40,074 nucleotides of DNA from Octopus bimaculoides (lineage: Eukaryota): the NCBI RefSeq assembly GCF_001194135.2, contig NC_068985.1, positions 48,583,088 through 48,623,161 on the forward strand, read 5' to 3'. Positions 13,028 to 24,588 of this stretch are shown piece by piece (positions within the stretch are counted from its first letter, which is position 1; each line of letters starts with the position of its first letter). Below the pieces are notes generated by a model. That model ran no database searches. It had not been told where the DNA came from and saw only the letters and a program-made list of their open reading frames with translations. The translations under genes were made by a program, and so were the position numbers.

Positions 13028-14059
13028 ATATTTTCTTTTAGCTTCAGTATCAAAGTATTCCTTCTAAGTATAGACGAAGTCCATACAAATATTCNNNNNN
13101 NNNNNNNNNNNNNNNNNNNNNNNNNNNNNNNNNNNNNNNNNNNNNNNNNNNNNNNNNNNNNNNNNNNNNNNNNNNNNNNNNNNNNNNNNNNNNNNNNNNN
13201 NNNNNNNNNNNNNNNNNNNNNNNNNNNNNNNNNNNNNNNNNNNNNNNNNNNNNNNNNNNNNNNNNNNNNNNNNNNNNNNNNNNNNNNNNNNNNNNNNNNN
13301 NNNNNNNNNNNNNNNNNNNNNNNNNNNNNNNNNNNNNNNNNNNNNNNNNNNNNNNNNNNNNNNNNNNNNNNNNNNNNNNNNNNNNNNNNNNNNNNNNNNN
13401 NNNNNNNNNNNNNNNNNNNNNNNNNNNNNNNNNNNNNNNNNNNNNNNNNNNNNNNNNNNNNNNNNNNNNNNNNNNNNNNNNNNNNNNNNNNNNNNNNNNN
13501 NNNNNNNNNNNNNNNNNNNNNNNNNNNNNNNNNNNNNNNNNNNNNNNNNNNNNNNNNNNNNNNNNNNNNNNNNNNNNNNNNNNNNNNNNNNNNNNNNNNN
13601 NNNNNNNNNNNNNNNNNNNNNNNNNNNNNNNNNNNNNNNNNNNNNNNNNNNNNNNNNNNNNNNNNNNNNNNNNNNNNNNNNNNNNNNNNNNNNNNNNNNN
13701 NNNNNNNNNNNNNNNNNNNNNNNNNNNNNNNNNNNNNNNNNNNNNNNNNNNNNNNNNNNNNNNNNNNNNNNNNNNNNNNNNNNNNNNNNNNNNNNNNNNN
13801 NNNNNNNNNNNNNNNNNNNNNNNNNNNNNNNNNNNNNNNNNNNNNNNNNNNNNNNNNNNNNNNNNNNNNNNNNNNNNNNNNNNNNNNNNNNNNNNNNNNN
13901 NNNNNNNNNNNNNNNNNNNNNNNNNNNNNNNNNNNNNNNNNNNNNNNNNNNNNNNNNNNNNNNNNNNNNNNNNNNNNNNNNNNNNNNNNNNNNNNNNNNN
14001 NNNNNNNNNNNNNNNNNNNNNNNNNNNNNNNNNNNNNNNNNNNNNNNNNNNNNNNNNNN

Positions 14060-14124
<65 letters not shown>

Positions 14125-14685
14125 TTATAAATACACTAAATACACAAGTCATAAATACACACTACAGGATACACGCAACGGGTCATATGCGAGAAAAAAA
14201 GACTTGCTTGGTTAAACGATCATAGCTATAACATAAAAATATTTATGACGGCTTGTCTCCATCAATTACTCTGGCAATATATTAACAGCAACTTTAAGTG
14301 GGTCATTTATAAAATTTAAGGATTTCAACAGAAACTGAGGAACTAAAGACAATAAGTAACACATTGAAGTCTATATTCCTGTGTGCTTAAATTTTAGAAC
14401 GGTCTTGAAAGGAAATAAATGTTGCTAATAGCCCGGATGTGTGTGTTTGTGTCTGTATATTTGCTTGTGCGTGTGCTTGTGTATGCATGTGCGTGTGTAT
14501 GCGTGTGTTTGTGTGTATTTGTGTGTATGTGTGCGTGTATATGGGTGTATATATATATATATATATAGGTAAATTAAAATTTAGAGGTAATACTTGGCAA
14601 TTGTAAGCACCTGTGTATGCCAGCTAGTGGTTGCGGTGAAAGAATAAATTGTAAATCCCAAAAATAACAACAAAACTACAAAGGA

Positions 14686-14756
14686 TTCCGCGGTACACGT
14701 GTTTCAAGCTTTCTATGTGTATAATTTACAATATAAAGCCATCCTCAGCCGCAAAA
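14686..14756 (-). ncRNA. Minimal type I hammerhead ribozyme (Penelope-like element type)
   Basis: Minus strand reads UUUUGCGG-CUGAGGA-UGGCUUU[loop]AAAGCUU-GAAAC-ACGU-GUA-CCGCGGAA. Complete core (CUGANGA, GAAA, GUA triplet), 8 bp stem I with two GU pairs, extended stem II, and a 2 bp stem III with a palindromic loop. Confidence 0.8.
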
Positions 14757-14946
14757 ATTATTTATCTCCCAGGAAATTATACCACATCGGCGTTAAAGTA
14801 GGAAGAAAGGTGTGATGTAAGAGGTGAAGATCGTTTCGGTATTCTGTATAGTACTATACCTCGTATAATTCTCCACCCACACATAATCTCTCCGGTCCTC
14901 CGAAAACCTTCCATACCTTGCCACGATTCAGTGTGTAGTGTTAAGT

Positions 14947-14978
<32 letters not shown>

Positions 14979-14995
14979 CACATATACATACATAC

Positions 14996-15026
<31 letters not shown>

Positions 15027-15058
15027 GTATCTATTATACACAAATATCTATGTGTGCA

Positions 15059-15103
<45 letters not shown>

Positions 15104-15265
15104 TGCAGGGATCCAGTATATCTAAATGCAACAAAAAATTACTCCATCCAGTGAGACATAAATATCAGTTTAATAGACGATTACGAAAATACTACTTATG
15201 ATGTCAGATTTATACCATAGGTCCATCCAATTATCATTTCAGGTTCAGTTCATATGTTAGATGTA

Positions 15266-15715
15266 TTTAAAAGCCAGGACGCTGGAACGTGAAAAAAAAA
15301 TGAGAAAGAAAAGTGAACGAGAACAAAGAAAGGTAAGAAGACCAAAATCAACATCCTCATTCATTATAGAAATCGTAATAAATATAGCTGGTGTAGGATA
15401 AATTAACGAAGTAGGCTAAAGTTTCCGAGACAGCTACTCAATGCTCGGTGTTCGAAAGTTTCAACAGGTGCAAGGACATACAACGGTTTCTTTCGTCAAA
15501 CTGGAGGCTACCAGCCCCTCCGGAGTGAGTAGCTGTCTCGCACTTTCGTGTCCCCTCTTATATTATACTGCAGGAGGTACATTAATTATGATTTCCGCAA
15601 TCAAAGTGGTTGTAGATCTTGGTTTTTGTACTTTCCTTTTCTTTCTCCTCGTTTCATTATTTGCATTATCGTTCATTTTCTCATTTTCTTACTGTCCAGT
15701 GTTTTGCTTTTTAAA
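15266..15715. mobile_element. Foldback/MITE-like element with long imperfect inverted arms
   Basis: Perfect 15 bp inverted repeat cgagacagctactca (15426-15440) / tgagtagctgtctcg (15526-15540). Outer arms align by eye to about 15266 and 15715. The spacer is 85 bp. Confidence 0.65.
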
Positions 15716-15789
15716 AATATTGTAATATTAATGTATTAAAGTAATTTTAACATATTAAATATATTATATATTATAGTGCATTATTCTAA

Positions 15790-16200
15790 TGAACAGAACT
15801 CCACCAAATTCGGTTTGTTCTTCCAGAACCTATACATACATGTACGACATATATATTCATTGGCTCAACAGCCCTCACCGTTTGTTTTCTACTGTCTTGT
15901 TCTCACTGTCCTGTTTTTGTTGCCACTTTTACCCTTTGCAAAAAATCCCAAATTTTATTTAATTTGTTTGCAGGAAGAACTGTTTCAACGAAGTCACCTA
16001 TTGTCCTTATCTTCGAAATGCGGAGTAGATGAAACAGGGACAACTGATGAAGGGGAATATTCTTTATGTTACTTGTCTCGTTTCTCTGTTTGTGTGTTTT
16101 GTTGTTCGAAAAAAGTTCGTTTTCTGTTTTCGTTTTTATGTTTTCGTTTCTCATTGTGTTTAACAATTTTTTGATGTCCTGTACCCATATATACATGTAT
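15790..16200 (+). repeat. Dispersed repeat, possibly a Penelope-like terminal repeat relic
   Basis: Carries paired segments and a CTGATGA motif (16044-16050). The family assignment is from recollection and is unverified. Confidence 0.35.
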
Positions 16201-16203
16201 ATA

Positions 16204-16245
<42 letters not shown>

Positions 16246-16477
16246 NNNNNNNNNNNNNNNNNNNNNNNNNNNNNNNNNNNNNNNNNNNNNNNNNNNNNNN
16301 NNNNNNNNNNNNNNNNNNNNNNNNNNNNNNNNNNNNNNNNNNNNNNNNNNNNNNTAATAAAGGAGTTACGACGCAAAAACGTATAAATTCAAAAGAACAT
16401 ATTTATCTTCTTCAATATATATTTCAGTATAAAGCTTACCAATTATTTTTGTTGGTAGTTAATTTATAATATATTGT

Positions 16478-16514
<37 letters not shown>

Positions 16515-16959
16515 TATGTCCATATATGTACGTATATATGCATATATTTATATATTGTATTATATATATGCAAATGTATACATACGCACAGAAAATACAC
16601 ACAAACATACACGCGTATGCGTGTATGTATGTATGTATGTATGTATGCATGTATATATGCATGTATGTATGTATGTACTATATTTGTGTATTTGAGACTA
16701 AATCCTAGATGTGGTTTCTTGTTCTTTGGTAAGAAAATGCTTTCTAATTCTAGGTAATAACTCTAGAGCACACAATTGTCAATTTTACTTACGAATTACA
16801 TGTACTTCTTTCTATACTTCACAACAATTCTACGGTATTATGTCTCGCTGTTTGAAACTGGAATCACCCGACCAAGCCTCCATTACTCAGTCTTGATATA
16901 AAGATACTGATCCAGAGTCAACTAAACTCACGAGAAGTCACTTCTCTAACAAGCTAGCA

Positions 16960-17160
16960 ACAATCCGGTCGTTCGACCTCGTAGATATAGCAGCCAATTA
17001 TCCCACACACATACCAGTACTGTCTCAAGAAAAGGTAAAGGGGCACAATGGACATTTAATCTCGGGACACATCATTCGAAAAAAGAAATTGATGTTATGG
17101 TCGCGACTTGAATATTTTTGATCATATTTATGTCCAATCAAAAGTATCAGGTTGAAATAA
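16960..17160. repeat. Dispersed SINE-like repeat, diverged copy 2 of 3
   Basis: Shares ordered blocks with 2405-2590 and 17810-18000. Confidence 0.5.
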
Positions 17161-17809
17161 TACAAGAGCAGTTTCTCTAAATATGCTAGCTATCGATCTA
17201 TATCCACAACATTTACATTTCAATTTTTGGAAACTACTAACTCTTCCCTCTCAATGAAAATTAGTACAAGATTCAGATGTTCCAGAGGACAGATTTACAT
17301 CAGATATACACGATTTCTTTTGCATGATAAATTTAACAAAAGGAAAGTTTATTTGCTTTTTTTTTTCCAGTTCAGCCAAGCCCACACCGGAATGTACCAT
17401 ATGTATTTATCTGTCATCCGTATAACAACGGTGCCTTCATCTCTGTGCTACAATATACCGACTCCTGTTATCCATGGAATACACTTCGTTTTTTTCCTAC
17501 AATAAAGAAGTTTCTTCATAGTTATGGTCCAGTGAAACACGAAAACATGTGGATCTTCTTAATACAGAATGCATATATTCCCTCATATTTGAAAATGTGT
17601 TTCATATGTTCCAGTTGTTCGTATTCAATTATACCCATGGAATATGTGCTTGGTTCTTTGAAACATAGACAATAAGAGTATATTAGCAAAAAGGATATTT
17701 GTTAATGAAATCTTGGAAATATGCATGTAAAAAAGTGTTTGTTTATCTTTAACAATTCATAAAGACGTTTCTCGATAATGTATGTAACACCAAAGGAACG
17801 TTGCGGCAC

Positions 17810-18000
17810 GAGTTTCCTGTGCTGCCAGAAATAGCAACCATAAATTCATGAAAGTATTTACATCCGAGATTCTGACGTATCCAATGAATAAAAGCATCCT
17901 AGAAAAAATATCTCTGAATCAATGATCTTGGATGAAATCCCCTTGATCATACATCTGTTCGATCAGAAACTGGATCGGACCAACCAAAGAGCAAAAGCTA
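17810..18000. repeat. Dispersed SINE-like repeat, diverged copy 3 of 3
   Basis: Blocks aatagcaacc, tcctaga and ttgatcata are shared with the other two copies. Confidence 0.4.
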
Positions 18001-18378
18001 CAAGAGCGGCAGTAACAATTAGAACGATATTAATTCAGGAACATGGCTTGAACAGGGACACCATACCACTAAACACATAAACATATGAAATGGGTTTTTA
18101 TTTCAATACTATCTTATTCATTACTGATGTCTATACCTTTATAAAAAAATATCACCTCGAAGTATAAGAAACAATTATTTTATTGTTAGACAATACAAAT
18201 GTAAGAAACAATAAAATTGAAGACAGAAAAAAATATATATATTGTATCAGCAAATTTTCAGAAAAATATATGAACAGTTATGTTGTTCAACAGACACACA
18301 CACATGTACTTCTGTATAAGTGTGTGTGTGTGTGTGTGTATAAATATATATATATATAGATAGATGTGTATGTATATA

Positions 18379-18419
<41 letters not shown>

Positions 18420-18703
18420 GCATGTATGTGTGTGTGCGTGTGTGTGTGTGTGTGCGTGCGTGTGTGTGTGTGCGTGTGTGTGTGTGTGTGTACGTCGGTT
18501 TGTTTACAAGTACTGAAGTAACTATCCCTGAGGCTTCACCAGTAGAGTGTCTATTAGAATTTCACTGATACAGTAATTTGATTACTCTTATTTCTCATTG
18601 ATTATCTTTACGCACACGCAAATACTAAACGTACATGCGTATAGATGTACATATATGAGGGCGTCTGTGTGTTTGGTTCTGCATGTATGTATGTATATGT
18701 ATG

Positions 18704-18735
<32 letters not shown>

Positions 18736-20259
18736 TATATNNNNNNNNNNNNNNNNNNNNNNNNNNNNNNNNNNNNNNNNNNNNNNNNNNNNNNNNNNNN
18801 NNNNNNNNNNNNNNNNNNNNNNNNNNNNNNNNNNNNNNNNNNNNNNNNNNNNNNNNNNNNNNNNNNNNNNNNNNNNNNNNNNNNNNNNNNNNNNNNNNNN
18901 NNNNNNNNNNNNNNNNNNNNNNNNNNNNNNNNNNNNNNNNNNNNNNNNNNNNNNNNNNNNNNNNNNNNNNNNNNNNNNNNNNNNNNNNNNNNNNNNNNNN
19001 NNNNNNNNNNNNNNNNNNNNNNNNNNNNNNNNNNNNNNNNNNNNNNNNNNNNNNNNNNNNNNNNNNNNNNNNNNNNNNNNNNNNNNNNNNNNNNNNNNNN
19101 NNNNNNNNNNNNNNNNNNNNNNNNNNNNNNNNNNNNNNNNNNNNNNNNNNNNNNNNNNNNNNNNNNNNNNNNNNNNNNNNNNNNNNNNNNNNNNNNNNNN
19201 NNNNNNNNNNNNNNNNNNNNNNNNNNNNNNNNNNNNNNNNNNNNNNNNNNNNNNNNNNNNNNNNNNNNNNNNNNNNNNNNNNNNNNNNNNNNNNNNNNNN
19301 NNNNNNNNNNNNNNNNNNNNNNNNNNNNNNNNNNNNNNNNNNNNNNNNNNNNNNNNNNNNNNNNNNNNNNNNNNNNNNNNNNNNNNNNNNNNNNNNNNNN
19401 NNNNNNNNNNNNNNNNNNNNNNNNNNNNNNNNNNNNNNNNNNNNNNNNNNNNNNNNNNNNNNNNNNNNNNNNNNNNNNNNNNNNNNNNNNNNNNNNNNNN
19501 NNNNNNNNNNNNNNNNNNNNNNNNNNNNNNNNNNNNNNNNNNNNNNNNNNNNNNNNNNNNNNNNNNNNNNNNNNNNNNNNNNNNNNNNNNNNNNNNNNNN
19601 NNNNNNNNNNNNNNNNNNNNNNNNNNNNNNNNNNNNNNNNNNNNNNNNNNNNNNNNNNNNNNNNNNNNNNNNNNNNNNNNNNNNNNNNNNNNNNNTGTGT
19701 GTGTGTGTGTGTATGTGTGTGTGTGTATGTGTGTGTATATGCGTATATACGTATATACGTATATATATTACATCTACATTATATTATTTTGCATATGTGG
19801 ATATAAGGATACTTATAAGTTTTATATATGTGTGTGTCTGTCTGTTTCTATGTATGTGTTGTGTGCACGTGCGCTTATGTGTGTAATATACAGTTCAGTT
19901 TCATTGTTCACAAAGAATTGGAAAACTCTATGATTGTACTTAAGTATTTATATTTGAGTTAATTTATGTATCATTTCCTTGTATATAATCATGGTGTATA
20001 ACGATGGTGACTGTGTATATGATTGTAACAATGTATCTATACATTAGTGTTTTTTTTATGTAGACTGAATTCCACCACTGACACTATTTTCTGTTTTTGT
20101 AGCAAAGAATGGGCACTGAGTGATAATTACTGATATTGTTGTTTATATTTTTACCTTTTATTGAAAGACATATCTGAAACAATTAGCCTTCCTCCGTTGT
20201 CTGTTGTTCAAATATAAATTCGTATATCACACATATATTGCTGTCTTTCCTTCTCTCAC

Positions 20260-20310
<51 letters not shown>

Positions 20311-21429
20311 NNNNNNNNNNNNNNNNNNNNNNNNNNNNNNNNNNNNNNNNNNNNNNNNNNNNNNNNNNNNNNNNNNNNNNNNNNNNNNNNNNNNNNNNNN
20401 NNNNNNNNNNNNNNNNNNNNNNNNNNNNNNNNNNNNNNNNNNNNNNNNNNNNNNNNNNNNNNNNNNNNNNNNNNNNNNNNNNNNNNNNNNNNNNNNNNNN
20501 NNNNNNNNNNNNNNNNNNNNNNNNNNNNNNNNNNNNNNNNNNNNNNNNNNNNNNNNNNNNNNNNNNNNNNNNNNNNNNNNNNNNNNNNNNNNNNNNNNNN
20601 NNNNNNNNNNNNNNNNNNNNNNNNNNNNNNNNNNNNNNNNNNNNNNNNNNNNNNNNNNNNNNNNNNNNNNNNNNNNNNNNNNNNNNNNNNNNNNNNNNNN
20701 NNNNNNNNNNNNNNNNNNNNNNNNNNNNAAACTGGCGATGCCCCAGTATGCCCACAGCCTTATTTCTAGATAGCAGTGTATAAAAACTTATACACGGAGA
20801 TGAGAAATATCTCTGCTTCTGACTTTTATTACGCATGCTGACCACTGGTAAAAAATCATTTTTTTAAATAATGTTTACCCTGAATTATCTATATAGTTGA
20901 ATTTATTCACTACTGTACTATTCTGACTCAGAATGGTGCTTGAGGATATTTGATTTGAATTCTTGATGTATAAAGATGGAACTAAATACGCATGTTTTAC
21001 CTTGTGTTTTTGTGTACGTATTATAGTTTCATAATTATGCATTTTCCAGCGACTCTACTAATGAACCACGGATGGTTAAGTAATCAGTCGATTGGCTAAT
21101 TAATTGATTTATTTCATGATTAATAGTGAAACACATGGGTATATGGTTATCTGAGATTTTTATTCGTTTAGAAATGTTGCTCGCTTACAAGCAATATGCC
21201 TTAAAGAAGAATCATTTCGTATGGGTACAGCACGTCACCAACGTTGAAAATAACATACACATGAGAGATAGATACAAGACATGGACAGTAATTACAGGAC
21301 AAAAACGAGTGGAATACGTAAACGAAGGAGGAAAAACAAGAACGAGAAAAAATAGAAAACTGGACAAATTCTTTATTAATAAAGCTGCAAAGTCATCACA
21401 AAAACTGTTACTCATATATATTCTTATTC

Positions 21430-21598
21430 TTTTTATTCTTTGATTTCTTTTAATCATTTCATTGCAGCCATACTGGAGCACCGCTTTAAAGTGCTTTAGT
21501 CTAAGAAATCCACCCCAGGTTTTATTCTTTGTAAGGCTAGTACTTATTCTTTCGGTCTGTTTTGAGGAACCGCTATGTAACGGGATCATAAACACACC
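21430..21598 (-). mobile_element. 5'-truncated SINE with RTE-type 3' tail
   Basis: Tail motif gcagccatactggagcacc recurs at 29071-29120, 29380-29420, 38717-38754, 26725-26747 and inverted at 20731-20760. The body resembles a common octopus SINE as I recall it. Confidence 0.7.
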
Positions 21599-22474
21599 TT
21601 CCTTGCAGATGAAACTAACTTGCTTGCTTTAGAATAGGTTAGGAGGGGCGTTTCCACTCAGTGGATTGTCATTTTGTCTCTGGCTTAAAATGATGAACTC
21701 AACACTCATCCTGGCTTAGAAAATGTTCAAATAAGCCAGCTGGAGCTGCCTGAAAAAATATCAAATTTTCCTGTTGTGATGTGATTAACATGGTGCCAGA
21801 TGATGTGGCATTGATCAGGAGTCAGAAGACGTGGAACCCACGGAACAGAAGCCTTCGTCATGTCAAGTTCATTGCAGAGAATATTCTCTCACGTGATATG
21901 CTAATAGCATTGGCTAATTGATTTATAGTCAATCACCTGCCATCCATCACCATGTAGTGAACACGATCTTTTCCAAGGTCTACACGTGTAGATCTTGGGT
22001 CGTCTCCANNNNNNNNNNNNNNNNNNNNNNNNNNNNNNNNNNNNNNNNNNNNNNNNNNNNNNNNNNNNNNNNNNNNNNNNNNNNNNNNNNNNNNNNNNNN
22101 NNNNNNNNNNNNNNNNNNNNAGAGTCTTCGTTCTCTTCCTAAATTCACTGTCCACTTTTGTTCTGCTGATAAACTGAAGCGCCATTCCCTAATGGAGCAA
22201 TGATAACAGCATGAATGTTCTTGGGCTAAACACTTTTAGTGTAGGTATTTATGGTATTCATATCAACACGATGCCAAATTTTGTCCATTTTCAAGAGCAG
22301 TCGCTGCTAGTTGCTTCTAAAGTGTTTTTTTTTTTTTTTAACAGTCAGATGTCAGTTTACCTCGAAAGAAGTAATGCAGTTATTAATAAGCGGTACAGAA
22401 AATAATGCATGCATTTCTCAACTCCAGTATCACACCTTCATTGCCTGCCTATGAACTTTTCAGCCCATCCTCAA
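21597..22474 (-). mobile_element. Mariner transposon relic 1 (5' TIR plus N-terminal half of transposase)
   Basis: ATG at 22288. Translates MDKIWHR...IHA...QKW..EFR...LGDDPRS...DRVHYMVMDGR.LTINQ...ELDMTKAS.PWVPRLLTPDQ...FLSQDEC*VHHFKPETK*QSTEWK, with the mariner WVPRLL motif and the first catalytic Asp. TIR-like end at 22447-22472. Confidence 0.92.
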
Positions 22475-22540
22475 ATTAGAGGATACAAAGGAAAATTAGA
22501 GGATACAAAGGAAAATTAGAGGATACAAAGGAAAATTAGA
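22473..22540. repeat. 20 bp tandem repeat (aaattagaggatacaaagga) x3.4
   Basis: Identical head-to-tail units with no spacers. Confidence 0.95.
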
Positions 22541-23086
22541 CGAAAAATACGCATATTACTCGCATTGGGAATCAAATGTGAACATATTATTAAGTGACTA
22601 GCAAGAAAACCGGCCGGTGGGTTGCCTTTCAGCTGCTATGTACAATGTGAGCATGAAAATATACATACAGAAATACATATAAATTCACTCATAAACATAG
22701 AAATATATACATGTGTGTGTACGTGCACATTTGTATCTGCGTCTCTGTGTGTCTGTTTATCTAAAGTTAGAGATCTCTATCCCCAAAAATTACGTGATGT
22801 CACCAACGGTAGAACACATTTACGTGACAGTTTCAATTTACATATAAAATATGGCGCACCATGAATGGCCTTCCATGTAACATATATAGTAAAGAGATAA
22901 GCCTATACATATTCAAATATGTAATCACTTACATACATTCATATACCTCTACGTAGACACGCACATTTTCATACTCACATTTGCTGTACACAATTGCGTG
23001 ACATGTATGTCTGTGTTTGCGAGTGTATGCATGTCATGTATATGTGTGTAAATGTTATACATACATATATACACACATACGTATGC

Positions 23087-23153
<67 letters not shown>

Positions 23154-23719
23154 CATATACACATGTATGTATGTATATAAAAGTTCATACAGTAATCTCC
23201 ATCACCCAACGTACACAATACACCTCCCACCATTGCTACAACTTACCATGGCTCTGTTTCCTTCCGACGTCGTCTGTCCCCCTCTCTTTGTCCCTAGTGT
23301 ACACTTAATCGTTACGGAAACATCTCGTATTGCAATTCACATAGAGTCGATATAATTTTTAAATTATCAAGGCTCGAGTAATTTTCCTGTCAGACCAATT
23401 TTTAGTCGTGTGAGACACACGTCTTTGCTCTTTAATACTAGCTACAATATTCCGGATTTTGGCATGACTGATTATATATTAGAAATATATAGAGTGTGTT
23501 TCGTGGGCTGACATTACTTCCGCAATAAGAAGTCTTATTGAAATTGTCAGCCCTGTCGTTATTGCTATATTTGTGAACAGTAGTTTTCAAGCATATATTT
23601 CTAAATTTATGTTTGAGTTGTCGCTCTTGTTTAGTGTTGTTTGTGTCGCTTCATGCCTTCATACATACATACATACATACATATAATTATATACCTATAT
23701 CTATCTATCTATCTATCTA

Positions 23720-23760
<41 letters not shown>

Positions 23761-24588
23761 NNNNNNNNNNNNNNNNNNNNNNNNNNNNNNNNNNNNNNNN
23801 NNNNNNNNNNNNNNNNNNNNNNNNNNNNNNNNNNNNNNNNNNNNNNNNNNNNNNNNNNNNNNNNNNNNNNNNNNNNNNNNNNNNNNNNNNNNNNNNNNNN
23901 NNNNNNNNNNNNNNNNNNNNNNNNNNNNNNNNNNNNNNNNNNNNNNNNNNNNNNNNNNNNNNNNNNNNNNNNNNNNNNNNNNNNNNNNNNNNNNNNNNNN
24001 NNNNNNNNNNNNNNNNNNNNNNNNNNNNNNNNNNNNNNNNNNNNNNNNNNNNNNNNNNNNNNNNNNNNNNNNNNNNNNNNNNNNNNNNNNNNNNNNNNNN
24101 NNNNNNNNNNNNNNNNNNNNNNNNNNNNNNNNNNNNNNNNNNNNNNNNNNNNNNNNNNNNNNNNNNNNNNNNNNNNNNNNNNNNNNNNNNNNNNNNNNNN
24201 NNNNNNNNNNNNNNNNNNNNNNNNNNNNNNNNNNNNNNNNNNNNNNNNNNNNNNNNNNNNNNNNNNNNNNNNNNNNNNNNNNNNNNNNNNNNNNNNNNNN
24301 NNNNNNNNNNNNNNNNNNNNNNNNNNNNNNNNNNNNNNNNNNNNNNNNNNNNNNNNNNNNNNNNNNNNNNNNNNNNNNNNNNNNNNNNNNNNNNNNNNNN
24401 NNNNNNNNNNNNNNNNNNNNNNNNNNNNNNNNNNNNNNNNNNNNNNNNNNNNNNNNNNNNNNNNNNNNNNNNNNNNNNNNNNNNNNNNNNNNNNNNNNNN
24501 NNNNNNNNNNNNNNNNNNNNNNNNNNNNNNNNNNNNNNNNNNNNNNNNNNNNNNNNNNNNNNNNNNNNNNNNNNNNNNNNNNNNNNNN

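Noticed and set aside
15474-15500. Minus-strand UUGACGA-AA-GAAAC-CGUU-GUA
   Set aside because: C3 is mutated, stem II is absent and stem I does not pair.
22473-22540. Direct repeats as a CRISPR array
   Set aside because: Units are head-to-tail with no spacers, in a eukaryotic context with no cas genes.
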